Part shown: piece by piece, positions 1 through 9,959 of the stretch | How positions within the stretch are numbered: the stretch's first letter is position 1 | How the letters are laid out: each line of letters opens with the position of its first letter | From: Candidatus Latescibacterota bacterium | GTDB taxonomy: Bacteria; Latescibacterota; UBA2968; UBA8231 | Direction: 5' to 3' | Assembly (NCBI GenBank): GCA_965197905.1 | Contig: CBDAOB010000003.1 | Location: forward strand, 1,120,001-1,184,000 | Length of the DNA stretch: 64,000 nucleotides | Notes under the pieces: generated by a model | Databases searched by the model: none | Told to the model about the DNA's origin: nothing | Seen by the model: only the letters and a program-made list of their open reading frames with translations | Position numbers and translations under genes: made by a program

Positions 1-2
1 TC

Positions 3-704
3 GCCGGCCTGTTGCTGTTCTTCGTACTGATCGCCGGGCCGACGCGCTATCTACTCGATGCCCTGGTGCAGAACGTGGGGATCTACCTGAGGCACCTACC
101 GCGTCTGAGCTTCTGGACAGAAACGTACCGACAGACCGATTGGCAGCATGGGTGGACGATCTTCTACTGGGCCTGGTGGATCGCCTGGTCCCCTTTCGTC
201 GGCATTTTCGTGGCCCGCGTCTCCCGCGGGCGCACAGTGCGAGAGTTCGTCAGTGCCATCCTCATCGTACCGACACTGGCAACCTGCGTCTGGCTCACCG
301 TCTTCGGAAACTCGGCCCTCTACGTAGAGCTGTTCGGACCAGGAGGAATCGCCACAGCGGTAAAGGAGGACGTCGCAGTGGCCCTCTTCGTCCTTTTGGA
401 GCACTATCCGCTCTCCTCGATCACCTGCGGTCTGGCGGTGTGCATCGTCGTCACATTCTTCGTCACCTCGTCCGACTCAGCCTCGCTCGTAATCGACATA
501 ATCACCTCCGGTGGTCATCTGAATCCGCCGAAGATCCAGCGCGTGTTCTGGGCATCGATGGAAGGTGTTGTCGCCGCGGTGCTGCTGATGGGAGGTGGAC
601 TCCTGGCCCTCCAGACGGCTGTCGTCGCAACCGGTCTGCCGTTTGCCTTGGTACTTTTGTTGTTGAGCTTCAGCCTGATGCGTGGCTTCGAAGCGCGCGG
701 CTAG
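3..704 (+). CDS. BCCT-family (betaine/carnitine/choline) transporter, 5'-truncated by the window edge
   Basis: Signature WTIFYWAWWIAWSPFVGIFVARVSRGRTVREF, FFVTSSDS and multiple hydrophobic helices; the frame is open from position 3. Confidence 0.93.
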   Translation, partial: AGLLLFFVLIAGPTRYLLDALVQNVGIYLRHLPRLSFWTETYRQTDWQHGWTIFYWAWWIAWSPFVGIFVARVSRGRTVREFVSAILIVPTLATCVWLTVFGNSALYVELFGPGGIATAVKEDVAVALFVLLEHYPLSSITCGLAVCIVVTFFVTSSDSASLVIDIITSGGHLNPPKIQRVFWASMEGVVAAVLLMGGGLLALQTAVVATGLPFALVLLLLSFSLMRGFEARG

Positions 705-899
705 TCCGGCGGGCCGACGACCATTCACCGCAGTGTGCGATGGTTTGCCGGTTCTGCATGTGGACGAGGCCCCTATATCCCTGGAACAAGCAGCGCGGAG
801 GCGTACAAAGAGATGCGCTGGTTAGATCGACGCCGAGGCCTGTGGCGCGCGCCGCGCCCACAGATCGGGGATCCACCGGGGTTGGTTCAGAGGCGCGAA

Positions 900-1697
900 T
901 TACTCACTAACAGCAGCAGCTTCCCCCATTAGATAATCCCACGCCTCTTTCCGGATGCGGCCTTCCTTGTAGCGGTCGCTCTGTCCCACATCCACCGATC
1001 GTCCGAAGGTCAGGATGTTGTTCACGTCCTCGTTCTTGTCCCGAACGTTCCAGTCCAACGCCTGGTCCAGGCTGGCGGGATCGTGATTCCAGGTGGGTCC
1101 GGTGTTCGGCTGGGAGCGCCTAAACACGAACTTGATCATGTGGCGTTTGCGGTTCGACCTGTTGGCGGCGGTGCCGTGCCAGATGTCGTAGTGGGTAAAG
1201 GCGATGGTTCCGGCCTTGACCACCACGGGAATCTGGCCGCGAATATTCGTATAGCTGGCCATGCGGTCGGTGGGGGCATTGCGAAAATGCGTGCCGGGCA
1301 CGACCACCGTAGGTCCCATGTCCGTTGATACCGCAGTCGGGTAGTAGAGCCCCAAAAACTGCTCCATCAGCCTTTCCCGCGAGTTTGTCCCGTCCTGATG
1401 CCAGTGCATGTAGTCGGTGCCGGCCTGTTTGCAGTGCCAGTGCCGATGTCCCGAGACCTGGTAGCCAACCCCGGCCAAGCTGGTCATGATTCCGGTGACC
1501 TGGGGATGATCCAGAACCTGCCAGAGCTCCGGCACGGCCTCCGTTATGGCGTCACCCGGATTGCTCTCCAGCGCCTCCAGCTTGGCTTCGATGGTTTCGT
1601 TGAGACCCTCTGGCAGATCCAGCTGGGTCATGTGGTAGCCGTTGACCAGGAACTGTGCCATCTCCGCGTCACTGAGCAGGTAGTTGGTCTGAGTCAC
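900..1697 (-). CDS. Phytanoyl-CoA dioxygenase (PhyH)-like Fe(II)/2OG dioxygenase
   Basis: LSDAEMAQFLVNGY N-terminus, WHQD (HxD), GPTVVVPGTH, distal WHG and NRSNRKRHM motif. Confidence 0.85.
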   Translation of the reverse strand: MTQTNYLLSDAEMAQFLVNGYHMTQLDLPEGLNETIEAKLEALESNPGDAITEAVPELWQVLDHPQVTGIMTSLAGVGYQVSGHRHWHCKQAGTDYMHWHQDGTNSRERLMEQFLGLYYPTAVSTDMGPTVVVPGTHFRNAPTDRMASYTNIRGQIPVVVKAGTIAFTHYDIWHGTAANRSNRKRHMIKFVFRRSQPNTGPTWNHDPASLDQALDWNVRDKNEDVNNILTFGRSVDVGQSDRYKEGRIRKEAWDYLMGEAAAVSE

Positions 1698-1987
1698 GAT
1701 ACGATCTCCATTTTCTGCAGGATGAATTCGTAGCCGATTACGTCCAGGTCGTGGTCTTCGATGGGCGCCTGGAGGTGGGGAAACTGCACGATCTGCCAGC
1801 CGTCGACGACGGCGTCGTGGACCGTTTCGTAGGGCCAGTCAGGTTCGTCGGCTATTATCTCCGATTTGAATCCTTTGACCGGCTCTATCTGGTTCATCGC
1901 CACTACCTCCGCGAGAACGCTTGGCTTGGTCGCGTGCAGATAGAGCAGGCGCTGCCTGGGCTGTGGATTGGTCTGATGGGCTTCCAT
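1694..1987 (-). CDS. Small hypothetical protein (97 aa), translationally coupled to the PhyH gene
   Basis: ATG at 1987 preceded by AGAGGAA RBS; stop overlaps the downstream start by 4 nt; globular-looking sequence (PYETVHDAVVDGWQIVQFP...GYEFILQK). Confidence 0.7.
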   Translation of the reverse strand: MEAHQTNPQPRQRLLYLHATKPSVLAEVVAMNQIEPVKGFKSEIIADEPDWPYETVHDAVVDGWQIVQFPHLQAPIEDHDLDVIGYEFILQKMEIVS

Positions 1988-2278
1988 GGTTTCCTCTAGT
2001 AGTTGGTTGCTAAGAGAAGATAGCTTGTGGGGAATTCGTTTCGCAAGTAGCGGGCAGGGCCAGACGGTCTCGCTCATTCTCACCCGCCATCCTGGCGGGC
2101 TGCGAGGCACTGCTCCCTGCGCCGCTGTCCTGCGGCTTAGTGAGCAGTGAATCCGCTGGACCATCCGGCCCTGCCCGCTCAAATAGCCCGCGGGTTACCC
2201 GTACTTTATCTTAGATCCCCTCTGCAACCGCCAGTTTCGAAAGTCCGTTCGCGTAGATTATAGGAGCCCCAGCATCTT

Positions 2279-2926
2279 ATGGACCGAGTCCGAGAGCTGT
2301 TGCGCAGAGACACACCGGTGAAGTGGCTGTTCTACGGTGACAGTATAACCCACGGAACGAGCCACACCTTCGGCTGGCGCGACTACGTGGAGTTGTTTTC
2401 CGAACGGGTCCGCGGCGAGCTTGGCCGCAGCATGGACATCGTCATCAACTCCGCCATCAGCGGCCACACGACCAGGCAGCTGCTGGAGGGGTATTCGTGG
2501 CGGGTGGAGCAGTTCCGTCCGGACGTCGTTTTCCTGATGATAGGAATGAACGACTGCAAGGACGAGCTGGAGATGTCGATCGATGAGTTCCGCGGGAATT
2601 TGGTGCAGCTTTACGAGCAGAACGCAGGACTGGGAGCGCTGACGGTTTTCCAGACAACCTGTCCGATCATTCCCGGTCTTGCACCGGAGCGGGAGCCGAC
2701 CTTTCCGTCATTCATGCAGACCATACGCGATGTTGCCGCCGCCCAGGAAGCGCCGCTAGTGGACCACATCAACCATTGGAAGCAGCGGGAAGAAAGTCAC
2801 CAACTCTGCATGAGCAACGCCTTCCACCCGAATGAGTTCGGGCATCGTGCTTTCGCCCACCTCATCTTTCAAGAGCTCGAGATCTTCCATCCCGAAAGCC
2901 GCTGTTGCCGGCTTCTCGTACCCTGA
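2279..2926 (+). CDS. SGNH/GDSL hydrolase
   Basis: FYGDSIT block I, NSAISG block II, IGMND block III, C-terminal HPN. Confidence 0.9.
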   Translation: MDRVRELLRRDTPVKWLFYGDSITHGTSHTFGWRDYVELFSERVRGELGRSMDIVINSAISGHTTRQLLEGYSWRVEQFRPDVVFLMIGMNDCKDELEMSIDEFRGNLVQLYEQNAGLGALTVFQTTCPIIPGLAPEREPTFPSFMQTIRDVAAAQEAPLVDHINHWKQREESHQLCMSNAFHPNEFGHRAFAHLIFQELEIFHPESRCCRLLVP

Positions 2927-2935
2927 GATCTCGCC

Positions 2936-4069
2936 GTGGCTCTCCTGACCCTCCTGTTCCTGGCTACCTGTTTTCTGGCTTACTCCAACGGCGCCAACGA
3001 CAACTCGAAGGGGGTGGCGACCCTCTTCGGTAGCGGAACCACCAATTACAAGGTTGCGATCGGGTGGGCAACGGGATCCACCTTCCTGGGGTCGATCTGC
3101 TCGATCTTCCTGGCGGCCATCCTGGTGAGCAATTTTTCCGGCAAAGGGCTGGTGCCGGATGCGGTTGCTGCCATGCCGCAGTTTCTGCTAGCCGTCGCTG
3201 TCGGCGCCGGTGTCACCGTTCTGTTGGCAACACTTCTCGGTTTTCCTATCTCCACCACGCACAGCCTGGTGGGAGCTCTTACAGGGGCTGGTTTCGTCGC
3301 CGCGGGAACCGCGCTCAACATCGGACACCTTGGCAATCGATTCTTCTTGCCGCTTCTGCTGAGTCCCCTCATCGCGGCGTTGCTAGCAACGCTCGCCTAC
3401 ATGGCGCTACGGGCAGTGCGCATCTGGACTGGCGTTACTAAAGAATGGTGTGTATGCATCGGCGGCGTCGAACAACCGCTGTCCGTGGCCCAATCCGGTG
3501 AGTCGCTGGCCTACACCTCGGCGCCTCAGCTTGGGGCGAGCGTCGACAGCGTCGCCAACTGTGAGCAGCGTTACGCGGGGCGTATGTTTGGCATCAACTG
3601 TCAGGCCCTACTGGACGGTGCCCACTTCGCCAGCGCTGGCGTCGTGAGTTTCGCCCGCGGTTTGAACGATACGCCGAAGATGGTGGGACTGCTGATGGTT
3701 ATTGAAGCGTTGGATATCGAACTGGGCATGCTGGCGGTGGCACTGGGCATCGCAGCAGGGGGACTAATCAATGCAAGGAAGGTGGCTGAGACCATCAGCC
3801 ACCGGATCACCAAACTCAATCACGGGCAGGGATTTACCGCCAATCTGGTAACCGGATTGCTGGTTGTGGCCGCCAGCAGATTCGGGCTACCCGTCTCCAC
3901 TACGCACGTATCGGTCGGCTCGCTGTTCGGCATAGGCCTGGTCACTCGAAACGCGGATGGGCGAGTCGTCGTCGGGATTCTGCTGTCATGGCTCTTGACC
4001 TTGCCGGTGGCAGCAGTCCTGGGCAGCGCAGCCTACTGGATCGTATCTACCTACTGCATGGAACCCTGA
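2936..4069 (+). CDS. PiT-family inorganic anion (phosphate/sulfate) transporter
   Basis: Two PiT signatures GANDNSK and GLNDTPK, plus PISTTHS and PVSTTH. Confidence 0.92.
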   Translation: MALLTLLFLATCFLAYSNGANDNSKGVATLFGSGTTNYKVAIGWATGSTFLGSICSIFLAAILVSNFSGKGLVPDAVAAMPQFLLAVAVGAGVTVLLATLLGFPISTTHSLVGALTGAGFVAAGTALNIGHLGNRFFLPLLLSPLIAALLATLAYMALRAVRIWTGVTKEWCVCIGGVEQPLSVAQSGESLAYTSAPQLGASVDSVANCEQRYAGRMFGINCQALLDGAHFASAGVVSFARGLNDTPKMVGLLMVIEALDIELGMLAVALGIAAGGLINARKVAETISHRITKLNHGQGFTANLVTGLLVVAASRFGLPVSTTHVSVGSLFGIGLVTRNADGRVVVGILLSWLLTLPVAAVLGSAAYWIVSTYCMEP

Positions 4070-4085
4070 TCAGAGAGGAAACATC

Positions 4086-4391
4086 ATGATCAACGTATTA
4101 GCATCGATTCACCTCAAGCCGGGAAAGCTGTCCGAGTTTCTGCCCATCTGCAAGGCCAACATCCCCAACGTGCGTCAGGAGAAGGGGTGTATCGAGTATG
4201 CGGCGACGCTTGATGTGGACGCCGGATTGGACCCCCAGGTCCTGGACGAGAACATGGTGACGGTAATAGAAAAATGGGAAAGTCTAGAGGCTCTAAACGA
4301 CCACCTGGCCGCGCCCCACATGTTGAGCTACCGGGAGCAGGTCAAGGACCTGGTGGAGACGGTGACGCTCAAGGTCCTGGAAGAGGCGTGA
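4086..4391 (+). CDS. ABM-domain putative quinol monooxygenase
   Basis: 101 aa with EKGCIEY, IEKWESLEALNDHLAAPHM; RBS GAGAGGA. Confidence 0.85.
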   Translation: MINVLASIHLKPGKLSEFLPICKANIPNVRQEKGCIEYAATLDVDAGLDPQVLDENMVTVIEKWESLEALNDHLAAPHMLSYREQVKDLVETVTLKVLEEA

Positions 4392-4412
4392 TTATCTGCG
4401 AAGGATCTGATC

Positions 4413-5322
4413 ATGGATAAGGAACAACTGCGGGGGTACCTGGTCAGCGTACCCCTGCCGTGGGACGAGCATGGACAGCTCCTGGTCGACCCGTTCCGCG
4501 CCGCCACACGCAAGTTGCTCGAGGAGGGTGCGACGGTATCTACCTGTTCGGGACCAGCGGTGAGGGGTACGCCGTGTCGGACGACGAATTCAAGGTGATA
4601 TCGACCTCTTCGAGGTGGAGACCCAGGGATTCGACGGGTTCATCCAGGTCGGATGTTTCGGTATCAGCTCGGATCAGGTTAGGGTGCGCTGCGACATGGC
4701 GGCGGACCGGGGGATCACCGCGGTGCAGATTACCCTGCCGTTCTGGAAGGAGCTCAGCGATGGCGAGCTGATGCGCTATTTCGAGGATGTCTGCGGCAGC
4801 TTTCCGGAGCTGTCGTTTCTGCTCTACAACAACCCTCGCAACAAGAGGCGCCTGAACGGCCGTGAGCTGGCCCGCATCGCGTCGCAGGTTCCCAACCTCC
4901 ACGGTACCAAAACCGGCTCGGGATCGGAGATGGATTTCCATGAGCTTCTGACGGAGGCATCCACCTTGCGCCATTTCGTTACCGAGTCCGCCTTTCCATT
5001 TTGCCATCCGCTGGGCGCGGCCGGTCTCATCCCATCTTCGAATTACACCCGGCCCCGATTCAGTCGCAGCTACTACGAGGCCGTAACCGGTGGCGACGTG
5101 GCGCGCGCCCAGAAGCTTCACCGCAACATCATTCGTTTTTTCTACGAAACGGCGGTACCGCTGGTGAGAAAGGGTTATATCGACGGGGCCATCGACAAAG
5201 CCTACGCAAAGATAGGAGGAATGGACCTGCCCTTGTACATGAAATCACCCTACCTGGCGCTAACAGAGGAAGATTACCGCTGGCTCGAAGATCTGGTATC
5301 TGGTGAATTTCCCCAAGAGTGA
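4413..5322 (+). pseudogene. DHDPS/NAL-family aldolase split by two apparent -1 frameshifts (pseudogene or sequencing error)
   Basis: Three frames join into one protein: MDKEQLRGYLVSVPLPW...LEE / GCDGIYLFGTSGEGY...FKVI / IDLFEVE...LLYNNP...GTKTG; shifts at ~4527 (G run) and ~4600; adding 2 nt gives 304 codons, a typical DHDPS length. Confidence 0.8.
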
Positions 5323-5870
5323 ATCCGATGGAATGTGAATACAAATTTGATGCAGCCAACCGAGTCCTGACAGTCTCGGACAATTGGGACTATATAGCCG
5401 CGCACAACGAAGCTCCCGCTCTGACTCAGAATCGGGTCCTGGGTCTGGAGCTCAACACCCTGCTGTACGACGACAGCACGCGCGCGCTCTACGACGCCAT
5501 CTTCCGCAAGGTGCGCGCCGACCAGCGCGAGCTTGCCTTCGAATACCAGTGTGACACCCCTTCAGAGCGTCGTAGGTGGTTGATGCGCGTATCAGCCGAT
5601 TTGAGTGCGACGGTGTGTCTGTCAAATTCGCTGTTGCAGTCAACGCCGCGGACTCCTGTCGAACTGCTGCAGAGTCAAAGCTCTAAGACCGACGATTTTG
5701 TGATCATGTGCAGCTGGTGCATGCGCCTCAAGACGGGAATCGACGCCTGGCAGGAGATAGAGTCGGGGATCGAAGCGCTGGAATTGTTCAAGAGACCAGT
5801 GAATCCGCGGGTTAGCCACTCGATCTGCTCGGGCTGCATGAAGGAAGTGCTGAGCAAGCTCGGCGAGTGA
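5319..5870 (+). CDS. Hypothetical PAS-like protein with a C-terminal CxxC...HxxCxxC metal-binding motif
   Basis: N-terminal PAS-like pattern; C-terminal MCSWC...SHSICSGC. Confidence 0.6.
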   Translation: MNPMECEYKFDAANRVLTVSDNWDYIAAHNEAPALTQNRVLGLELNTLLYDDSTRALYDAIFRKVRADQRELAFEYQCDTPSERRRWLMRVSADLSATVCLSNSLLQSTPRTPVELLQSQSSKTDDFVIMCSWCMRLKTGIDAWQEIESGIEALELFKRPVNPRVSHSICSGCMKEVLSKLGE

Positions 5871-5991
5871 AGCGATCGGTGCGAGCTCAAACCGACAGCG
5901 CCGTCTGTTCCCATGTGCCGGCCTGGCGGCTGTTGACGAATCGGAGAATCGTGCGGATCCTTAAAGGTTTCCTGACGAAAGGAGCCCGCTC

Positions 5992-6969
5992 ATGAAAGCC
6001 CCCTGGGTAACCTACCGACCCGAACTCAAGGTTCTCGACTGTACGATACGCGACGGCGGTTTGATCAACGATCACCAGTTCGACAACGATCTGGTCAAAG
6101 CCACCTACGAAGCGTGCGTGGAAGCCGGCCTTGATTACATGGAGATCGGTTACCGCAACTCCAAACGTCTCTTCTCAACCAAGGATTACGGACCGTTCCG
6201 GCATTCCGACGAGGAGGAGATTCGCAAGATCACCGGCGATCACGATGCCGAGGCCACCGGCCTCAAGCTGGCTGTCATGGCGGACGCCGGAAAGAGTGAC
6301 TGGAGAACGGACATCCTGCCCTCCGATGAAAGTGTGGTAGACATGATTCGGGTGGCCTGCTATGTGGACCAGATTCCCGAAGCTGCCGAGATGATCAACG
6401 ACGCCCATGACAAGGGGTATGAGACCAGCTGCAACCTGATGGCGATCTCCACGGTGCAACAAGCGGAGATCGAACAGGCTCTTGAGATCATAGCCAAGAC
6501 CCCGGTGGACGTAGTCTGCGTCGTCGACAGCTTTGGAGCTCTCTACCGCGAACAGATCGATATCCTGGTCCGCAGCTACATGGCGGCGCTGGAGGGTACG
6601 AACAAACACGTGGGCATCCATACCCACAATAACCAGCAGCTCGCCTTCGCCAATACGATCGAAGCGATCATTCTCGGCGCCAACCGGATCGACGCCACCA
6701 TGGCCGGATTGGGCCGCGGCGCCGGCAACTGCCCTATGGAGCTGCTCATCGGTTTCCTGCGCAATCCGAAATTCAAGCGGCGGCCGATCTATCAGTTATT
6801 GCAGGACCACTTCGTCAAGTTGCGGCAGAAGCTTGAGTGGGGCGCCCTGATTCCGTACAACATCACTGGCCAGCACAACCAGCATCCGCGCGAGGCGATG
6901 GCCCTGCGCGCCAGCCCCGACAAAGACAATTACGTTGATTTCTACGACCAGGTTGTAGGAGACATGTAG
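5992..6969 (+). CDS. DRE-TIM (HMGL-like) aldolase, 4-hydroxy-2-oxovalerate aldolase-like
   Basis: LDCTIRDGG, VDSFG, HTHNN, GLGRGAGNCPME; RBS AAAGGAG. Confidence 0.88.
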   Translation: MKAPWVTYRPELKVLDCTIRDGGLINDHQFDNDLVKATYEACVEAGLDYMEIGYRNSKRLFSTKDYGPFRHSDEEEIRKITGDHDAEATGLKLAVMADAGKSDWRTDILPSDESVVDMIRVACYVDQIPEAAEMINDAHDKGYETSCNLMAISTVQQAEIEQALEIIAKTPVDVVCVVDSFGALYREQIDILVRSYMAALEGTNKHVGIHTHNNQQLAFANTIEAIILGANRIDATMAGLGRGAGNCPMELLIGFLRNPKFKRRPIYQLLQDHFVKLRQKLEWGALIPYNITGQHNQHPREAMALRASPDKDNYVDFYDQVVGDM

Positions 6970-7352
6970 TGAGGCTCAACCATGTCAGCCTGGTCTGTTC
7001 ATCCGAGGCGAACTGCGACCGGTTTTACGGCCAGCTGCTGCACCTGGAAAAGCTGGAGACCAAATCGATCACTGCCGAGCTGTCTGACGGAATCTTTCAG
7101 GTGAATTCCCCGTATGAAATGCTCAACTACGGAGACGACCGCCTCAAATTCGAGATTTTTCTGTCCGATCGCCGCGATTTCGTCGAGCAACAGATCGGCC
7201 ACGTCTGTATCGACGTGGATGATCTGGACCAGTTTCTAGCAGACTGCAACGCTCTGGAAGTAGAAGTGCGGAGGGTTCCCAAAGGAGATTCCCACGTTAC
7301 GTTTATAGCGGATTACGACGGCAATCTGTTCGAAATCAAACAGATTGCGTGA
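6969..7352 (+). CDS. VOC/glyoxalase family protein
   Basis: LNHVSL, GHVCIDVDDL, FIADYDGNLFEI. Confidence 0.85.
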   Translation: MRLNHVSLVCSSEANCDRFYGQLLHLEKLETKSITAELSDGIFQVNSPYEMLNYGDDRLKFEIFLSDRRDFVEQQIGHVCIDVDDLDQFLADCNALEVEVRRVPKGDSHVTFIADYDGNLFEIKQIA

Positions 7353-7376
7353 GCCGCAAAGCGAAAGGAGTTGATC

Positions 7377-8270
7377 ATGCCGGATGTCGACGGCGCCAGG
7401 GATACCAAAAACTACCATACCGACGTGCCGCAAAGCACCGAGGGATTCTATCTAAAAGGGTCCAACTCTTACGACTGGGGCATGAAGAACCGGCTGGCCC
7501 GCATTTTTAACGCGGAGTCGGGAAACACCGTCATGCTGGCGTTCGATCACGGTTATTTCCAAGGACCCACCACCGGATTGGAGCGCATCGACGTCAACAT
7601 AAATCCGCTGATTCCGTACGCCGACACGCTGATGCTGACCCGCGGCATTCTGCGCACCATGATCCCCCCTTCAGCCACCAAGGCACTGGTATTGCGGGCA
7701 TCAGGTGGACCGAGCATTCTCAAAGAGCTCTCCAATGAAGAGATTGCCATGGATATGGAAGATGCGGTACGTCTCAATGCCTGTGGGGTGGCGGTTCAAG
7801 TGTTTATCGGGGGCGAATTTGAAAAGCAGTCCATCATCAATATGACGAAGCTCGTGGACGCGGGAACCCGGTATGGCATTCCGACTCTGGCGGTTACCGC
7901 AGTCGGCAAGGACATGGTGCGGGATGCCAAGTACTTCCGGTTGGCGACCCGGATCTGTGCCGAGCTCGGAGCCCACTACGTGAAGACCTATTACGTCGAA
8001 GAAGATTTCGACACCGTGACCTCCTGCTGCCCCGTTCCCATCGTCATCGCCGGCGGCAAGAAACAGCCGGAGCTGGATGCCCTGAAGATGGCCCACAATG
8101 CCGTGCAGCAGGGCGCCAACGGCGTCGACATGGGTCGCAACATCTTTCAGTCGGAGAATCCGCAGGCGATGATTCAGGCGGTGCGACATGTGGTTCACGA
8201 TGGCGAGAAGCCGGAACGGGCGTTCGAATTGTTCAACTCCCTCAAGAACGGAAAACCGGTCGCCGTCTGA
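7377..8270 (+). CDS. lsrF: LsrF-like 3-hydroxy-5-phosphonooxypentane-2,4-dione thiolase (class I aldolase fold)
   Basis: [51 protein letters not shown]. Confidence 0.88.
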   Translation: MPDVDGARDTKNYHTDVPQSTEGFYLKGSNSYDWGMKNRLARIFNAESGNTVMLAFDHGYFQGPTTGLERIDVNINPLIPYADTLMLTRGILRTMIPPSATKALVLRASGGPSILKELSNEEIAMDMEDAVRLNACGVAVQVFIGGEFEKQSIINMTKLVDAGTRYGIPTLAVTAVGKDMVRDAKYFRLATRICAELGAHYVKTYYVEEDFDTVTSCCPVPIVIAGGKKQPELDALKMAHNAVQQGANGVDMGRNIFQSENPQAMIQAVRHVVHDGEKPERAFELFNSLKNGKPVAV

Positions 8271-8398
8271 ACGCCCGCCCCACGGGTCCTCGCAGGTTCT
8301 TCGATCTACCGGCAATTCTCGATACCGGCTGGTGCCATCGTTCGCAGATGAGCAAGCCCATCCTCTTGCCTGAAAACGCCTTACCGAAGGAGGCGCCG

Positions 8399-8704
8399 AT
8401 GTGCCGCAACATCAAAACTCTGTTCAACTTCGATCCACCGGCCACGGACGAAGAGATCAATGCGGCCGCGCTACAGTTCGTGCGCAAGATATCCGGCTTT
8501 CGCGCGCCATCCCGAGTCAACGAAACGGCATTCAACGAAGCCGTGGAGCAGATATCCCTCACCGGGCGCCACGTGCTGCGCAGCCTGACTACCACCGCGC
8601 CTACCCGCGATCGCGAGGTAGAGGCGGCACGGGCACGCGAACGCAGCGCCCGTCGATTTGCTGGCAACGCCGATTCTTCTGGAAGCGTTGCAAAGTCGCT
8701 TTGA
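8399..8704 (+). CDS. DUF2277-family protein
   Basis: MCRNIKTLFNFDPPATDEEINAAALQFVRKISG; RBS AAGGAGG. Confidence 0.85.
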   Translation: MCRNIKTLFNFDPPATDEEINAAALQFVRKISGFRAPSRVNETAFNEAVEQISLTGRHVLRSLTTTAPTRDREVEAARARERSARRFAGNADSSGSVAKSL

Positions 8705-8801
8705 TGGGTCGGGGCAAAACACTATCATTGTGTCCAGATCAAAATGCTCGGCTTCGGGCAATGCCGGGAATGCACCCGGCCTTCCGATAGGAGGTTGAAG
8801 A

Positions 8802-9293
8802 GTGACACGACTGCGTTGTGGATTTCTAGCGTTGGCGACCATCGGTTCGACCCTTGTCGTTCAAGCCCCAGCGGTGGCGGGCGAAACCATCACGTTCCAC
8901 TCCAAACATATCAACGTGGCCAAGACCTTCGACACACAAGAACTGGAGGACGAGGACGGTCATATTATCGCCAAGTTCCACGCCCAGGGTGTGGGGGTGC
9001 GCATCGACGGTCCTGCCGAACCGCCGTACAAGATCGAGATTTGGGGAACGGGTGATTACAAGGGGGACGGTACGGGGAAGGACCAAGGTTACGGCAAGTT
9101 CATATTCTCGGATGGGTCGAGCTATTTTGAACGCTGGTCCGGAACGGTGGCTGATGGCAAAGCTACGGGTACCGCCGTCTACTACAACGGCACGGGACGG
9201 TTCGTGGGGCTCGAGGGGGGCAGTAAATACGAGTGCACTCTACTCGGCGATCGCTTCGCCTGCAATGTGGACGGTACCATCAAACTACCCTGA
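8802..9293 (+). CDS. Secreted hypothetical beta-rich protein
   Basis: Signal peptide ending AVA; Gly-rich beta strands with GTGRFVGLEG near the C-terminus; RBS GGAGG. Confidence 0.7.
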   Translation: MTRLRCGFLALATIGSTLVVQAPAVAGETITFHSKHINVAKTFDTQELEDEDGHIIAKFHAQGVGVRIDGPAEPPYKIEIWGTGDYKGDGTGKDQGYGKFIFSDGSSYFERWSGTVADGKATGTAVYYNGTGRFVGLEGGSKYECTLLGDRFACNVDGTIKLP

Positions 9294-9329
9294 CGTGCAA
9301 ATGGTGACGTTTCCTCCTGCGCGTCCCTA

Positions 9330-9959
9330 ATGAGTAACATCCTCAAGTTTCCCGGCAAGGCGCCGCGACTGGATCACAAACGGTCGACGCGCCGCCGCGT
9401 CGACCCTGACCAGCTGGATCTTTTCGCCAGCATCCCCGGTCGCATCGCGGATTTGCCACTGAATCCCTTCGACGAGGCTCTGCTCCAGGAAGAGCGGGGT
9501 GACTACGACCGAGCGCGGGACAAATACCGCGAGGCGATCGGTGCGGGCGAGTCTGTGCCGGACGCATTTTGCAATCTCGGTATCATTGAGTATCGCCAGG
9601 GCAACCGCAAAGCGGCGATCGAGGCTTTCGCGCATGCGTTGGCCCAGGCACCCCTTCACTTCAATGCCCACTACAACATGGGAAACATGTACCTCGATGC
9701 AGGAGAGCACGCATTGGCAAGGTTGCACTTTGAGTTGTGCGCCCAGTCAGAGCCGGAGTTCGCCAACGCGTATTACAACCTGGCGTTGGCATGTGCGATG
9801 TCTGGCGATTTTCAACCAGCTATCAACGCCTTGAAGGCGTATCAGACATTGGCCAACGCTGAGGAACGCACGCGCGCCGCGGATCTGCAGTCGTTGCTCG
9901 AACAGGGGCTCGAACAGCCCAGGAACAGGTCACCCACCAAACCCGGACGACGCGATTGA
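9330..9959 (+). CDS. Tetratricopeptide repeat protein
   Basis: Repeated AFCNLG / AHYNMG / AYYNLA TPR helices. Confidence 0.88.
   Translation: MSNILKFPGKAPRLDHKRSTRRRVDPDQLDLFASIPGRIADLPLNPFDEALLQEERGDYDRARDKYREAIGAGESVPDAFCNLGIIEYRQGNRKAAIEAFAHALAQAPLHFNAHYNMGNMYLDAGEHALARLHFELCAQSEPEFANAYYNLALACAMSGDFQPAINALKAYQTLANAEERTRAADLQSLLEQGLEQPRNRSPTKPGRRD

Noticed and set aside
7377..8270. Complete AI-2 quorum-sensing (lsr) locus
   Set aside because: No lsrK, lsrR or lsrACDB in the window; only the lsrF-like gene is supported
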